Source of the DNA: Bacteroidota bacterium
GTDB lineage: Bacteria; Bacteroidota; Bacteroidia; Chitinophagales; UBA10324
Reading direction: 5' to 3'
Length of the DNA stretch: 59,600 bases
Assembly: GCA_014190535.1 (NCBI GenBank)
Contig: BJGO01000001.1
Coordinates: 1 to 59,600 of the forward strand
Part shown: positions 58,257 to 59,600 of the stretch, piece after piece
How positions within the stretch are numbered: the stretch's first letter is position 1
Layout of the letters: each line of letters begins with the position of its first letter
The notes under the pieces: generated by a model
What the model saw: the letters and a program-made list of their open reading frames with translations, nothing else
Database searches by the model: none
What the model was told of the DNA's origin: nothing
Translations under genes and position numbers: made by a program

Positions 58257-58278
58257 TCAGTAATACGCTCCGGGTCGT

Positions 58279-59301
58279 TTAAGTCATTAAGAAGGGATAA
58301 CGGGCAGGATTTTTGAGTGCGATACCGGTGCCACGCACCACGGCGCGTAATGGATCGTCTGCAACCTGAACATGTAATTTTGTTTTTTGGGCTAGTCGCT
58401 TGTCAAGTCCGCGAAGTAAAGCGCCGCCGCCGGTGAGATGAAGTCCGGTTCGGTGAATGTCAGAAGCTAACTCTGGGGGAGTGGTTTCAAGCGCTTTCAG
58501 AACAGCTTCTTCAATCTTTGATATCGATTTATCAAGTGCATGAGCTATCTCATTGTAAGAAATTGTAATCTGTTTTGGAATCCCCGTCATCAGATCGCGG
58601 CCGTTTACGGTATAGTCTTCAGGAGCATCATCTAAATCAGGTATTGCCGCACCAACATTAATTTTAATTGCTTCTGCAGTACGCTCACCGATGAGCATAT
58701 TATGTTGCCTGCGTACATAATCAACAATATCGGCGGTGAACTCATCACCCGCCACTCGAATACTCTGATCACAAACAATACCGGCAAGAGCGATTACGGA
58801 AATACCGGTTGTGCCGCCTCCTATATCTATAATCATGTGTCCGATGGGTTCTTCAACATCTATTCCAATGCCCAGTGCAGCGGCCATAGGTTCATGTATG
58901 AGATATACTTCACGCCCACCGGCTTGTTCGGCAGAATCCTTTACCGCTCGTTTTTCTACTTCAGTAATGCTGGAAGGAATACAAATAACCATTCTCCACG
59001 ACGGATTAAATAAAAACCCCCGTGGATTAATCATCTTAATCATTTCCCTGATCATAATCTCAGCCGCCTGAAAATCAGCGATGACTCCGTCGCGCAATGG
59101 CCGTATGGTTTTTAGATTATCATGAGTTTTTTCGTGCATCTGCATGGCCTTTTTACCAACAGCTACCACCTTGCCGGTGATACGGTTTATGGCCACGATA
59201 GATGGTTCATCAACAACCACTTTGTCGTTGTGGATGATAACCGTGTTGGCCGTGCCAAGATCTATGGCAATGTCTTGTGTGAGAAAATTAAATAACCGCA
59301 T
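58279..59301 (-). CDS. mreB: Rod shape-determining protein MreB
   Basis: Actin-fold motifs IAIDLGTANT and IDIGGGTT, with MreB-like sequence over the full length. Confidence 0.97.
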   Translation of the reverse strand: MRLFNFLTQDIAIDLGTANTVIIHNDKVVVDEPSIVAINRITGKVVAVGKKAMQMHEKTHDNLKTIRPLRDGVIADFQAAEIMIREMIKMINPRGFLFNPSWRMVICIPSSITEVEKRAVKDSAEQAGGREVYLIHEPMAAALGIGIDVEEPIGHMIIDIGGGTTGISVIALAGIVCDQSIRVAGDEFTADIVDYVRRQHNMLIGERTAEAIKINVGAAIPDLDDAPEDYTVNGRDLMTGIPKQITISYNEIAHALDKSISKIEEAVLKALETTPPELASDIHRTGLHLTGGGALLRGLDKRLAQKTKLHVQVADDPLRAVVRGTGIALKNPARYPFLMT

Positions 59302-59429
59302 AAGGTGTTGGATTGATGCTTTGGTACAAAAATCAGTAAATATTCATATTTGTTATAGGTATTCATAATGTTTATACCCAATACAATGTGAATCGTTTAG
59401 TAATAACGCCGTAGCGGGGCAATTGGGAA

Positions 59430-59600
59430 TCAATGTTTAAAATGCCGGGTACCCGTATGCACCATGCACATATTGTTACGGTTGCAGTAGTCTGTTGAAT
59501 CCTGATCTTTAATTGATCCGCCCGGTTGTATTACCAGAGATATGCCGGCATGATGAGCAATTTCTACGCAGTCGGGAAACGGAAAGAACGCATCACTCGC
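59430..59600 (-). CDS. purH: Bifunctional AICAR transformylase/IMP cyclohydrolase PurH, C-terminal 56 codons only (rest lies beyond the window)
   Basis: Not in the ORF track. The reverse-strand translation is [56 protein letters not shown], which matches the conserved PurH C-terminus (SDAFFPF..QPGGS..D...TG.RHF.H). Confidence 0.85.
   Translation of the reverse strand, partial: ASDAFFPFPDCVEIAHHAGISLVIQPGGSIKDQDSTDYCNRNNMCMVHTGTRHFKH

Noticed and set aside
58318-58333. Sigma-54-like motif TGGCACCGGTATCGCA on the minus strand, ~60 nt upstream of mreC
   Set aside because: The GG-N10-GC spacing is right, but the -12 element is TCGCA rather than TTGCA. The motif lies inside the mreB coding sequence. 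No enhancer-binding protein gene is nearby, and one such match in 60 kb is expected by chance.
1-59600. Scan for CRISPR arrays, rRNA/tRNA/tmRNA/RNase P/SRP RNA, IS elements, integrases, reverse transcriptases, toxin-antitoxin pairs and known defence-gene signatures
   Set aside because: Nothing was recognised. Intergenic regions are short apart from those listed, contain no regularly spaced repeats, and no ORF shows transposase, recombinase or RT motifs. This is a by-eye negative, not a computed one.

Overview
This 59.6-kb chromosomal segment reads as Bacteroidota. Support: three proteins end in T9SS C-terminal sorting domains, there is a PorV/PorQ-family barrel, a TTG/TAnnTTTG-type promoter sits upstream of atpB, and the gene orders are purH-mreBCD-mrdA-rodA and atpBEFHAG. 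I call about 57 densely packed protein-coding genes, and most are housekeeping. They include hflX, comF, radA, tatC, rpiB, msrA, a NifU-like gene, atpBEFHAG, an M16 peptidase, uvrA, rpoN, asnS, an LPS-core-type glycosyltransferase cluster and the cell-elongation operon. Reading by eye, I found no rRNA, tRNA, CRISPR array, transposase, integrase, reverse transcriptase or recognisable phage or defence gene. I therefore cannot point to a clear-cut novel system, and all leads below are hypotheses. The best lead (i) is a seven-gene co-directional signalling array at 43.6-48.8 kb: ECF sigma, soluble zinc-finger anti-sigma, MeaB-type GTPase, TraB/GumN, LytS-type kinase, LytTR regulator, DUF4920. Lead (ii) is a PorV/PorQ-like barrel translationally coupled to an NHL beta-propeller lipoprotein, next to T9SS cargo proteases. 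Lead (iii) is an AT-rich three-gene islet of exported proteins at 22.6-25.9 kb. Lead (iv) is a MauE-thioredoxin fusion next to a small Cys-patterned lipoprotein. Lead (v) is a coiled-coil insertion in AsnRS. Several ORF-track N-termini start at TTG or GTG codons and were trimmed to downstream ATG starts where signal peptides or family N-termini supported this. All family calls come from motif recognition in the translations and have not been checked against any database.
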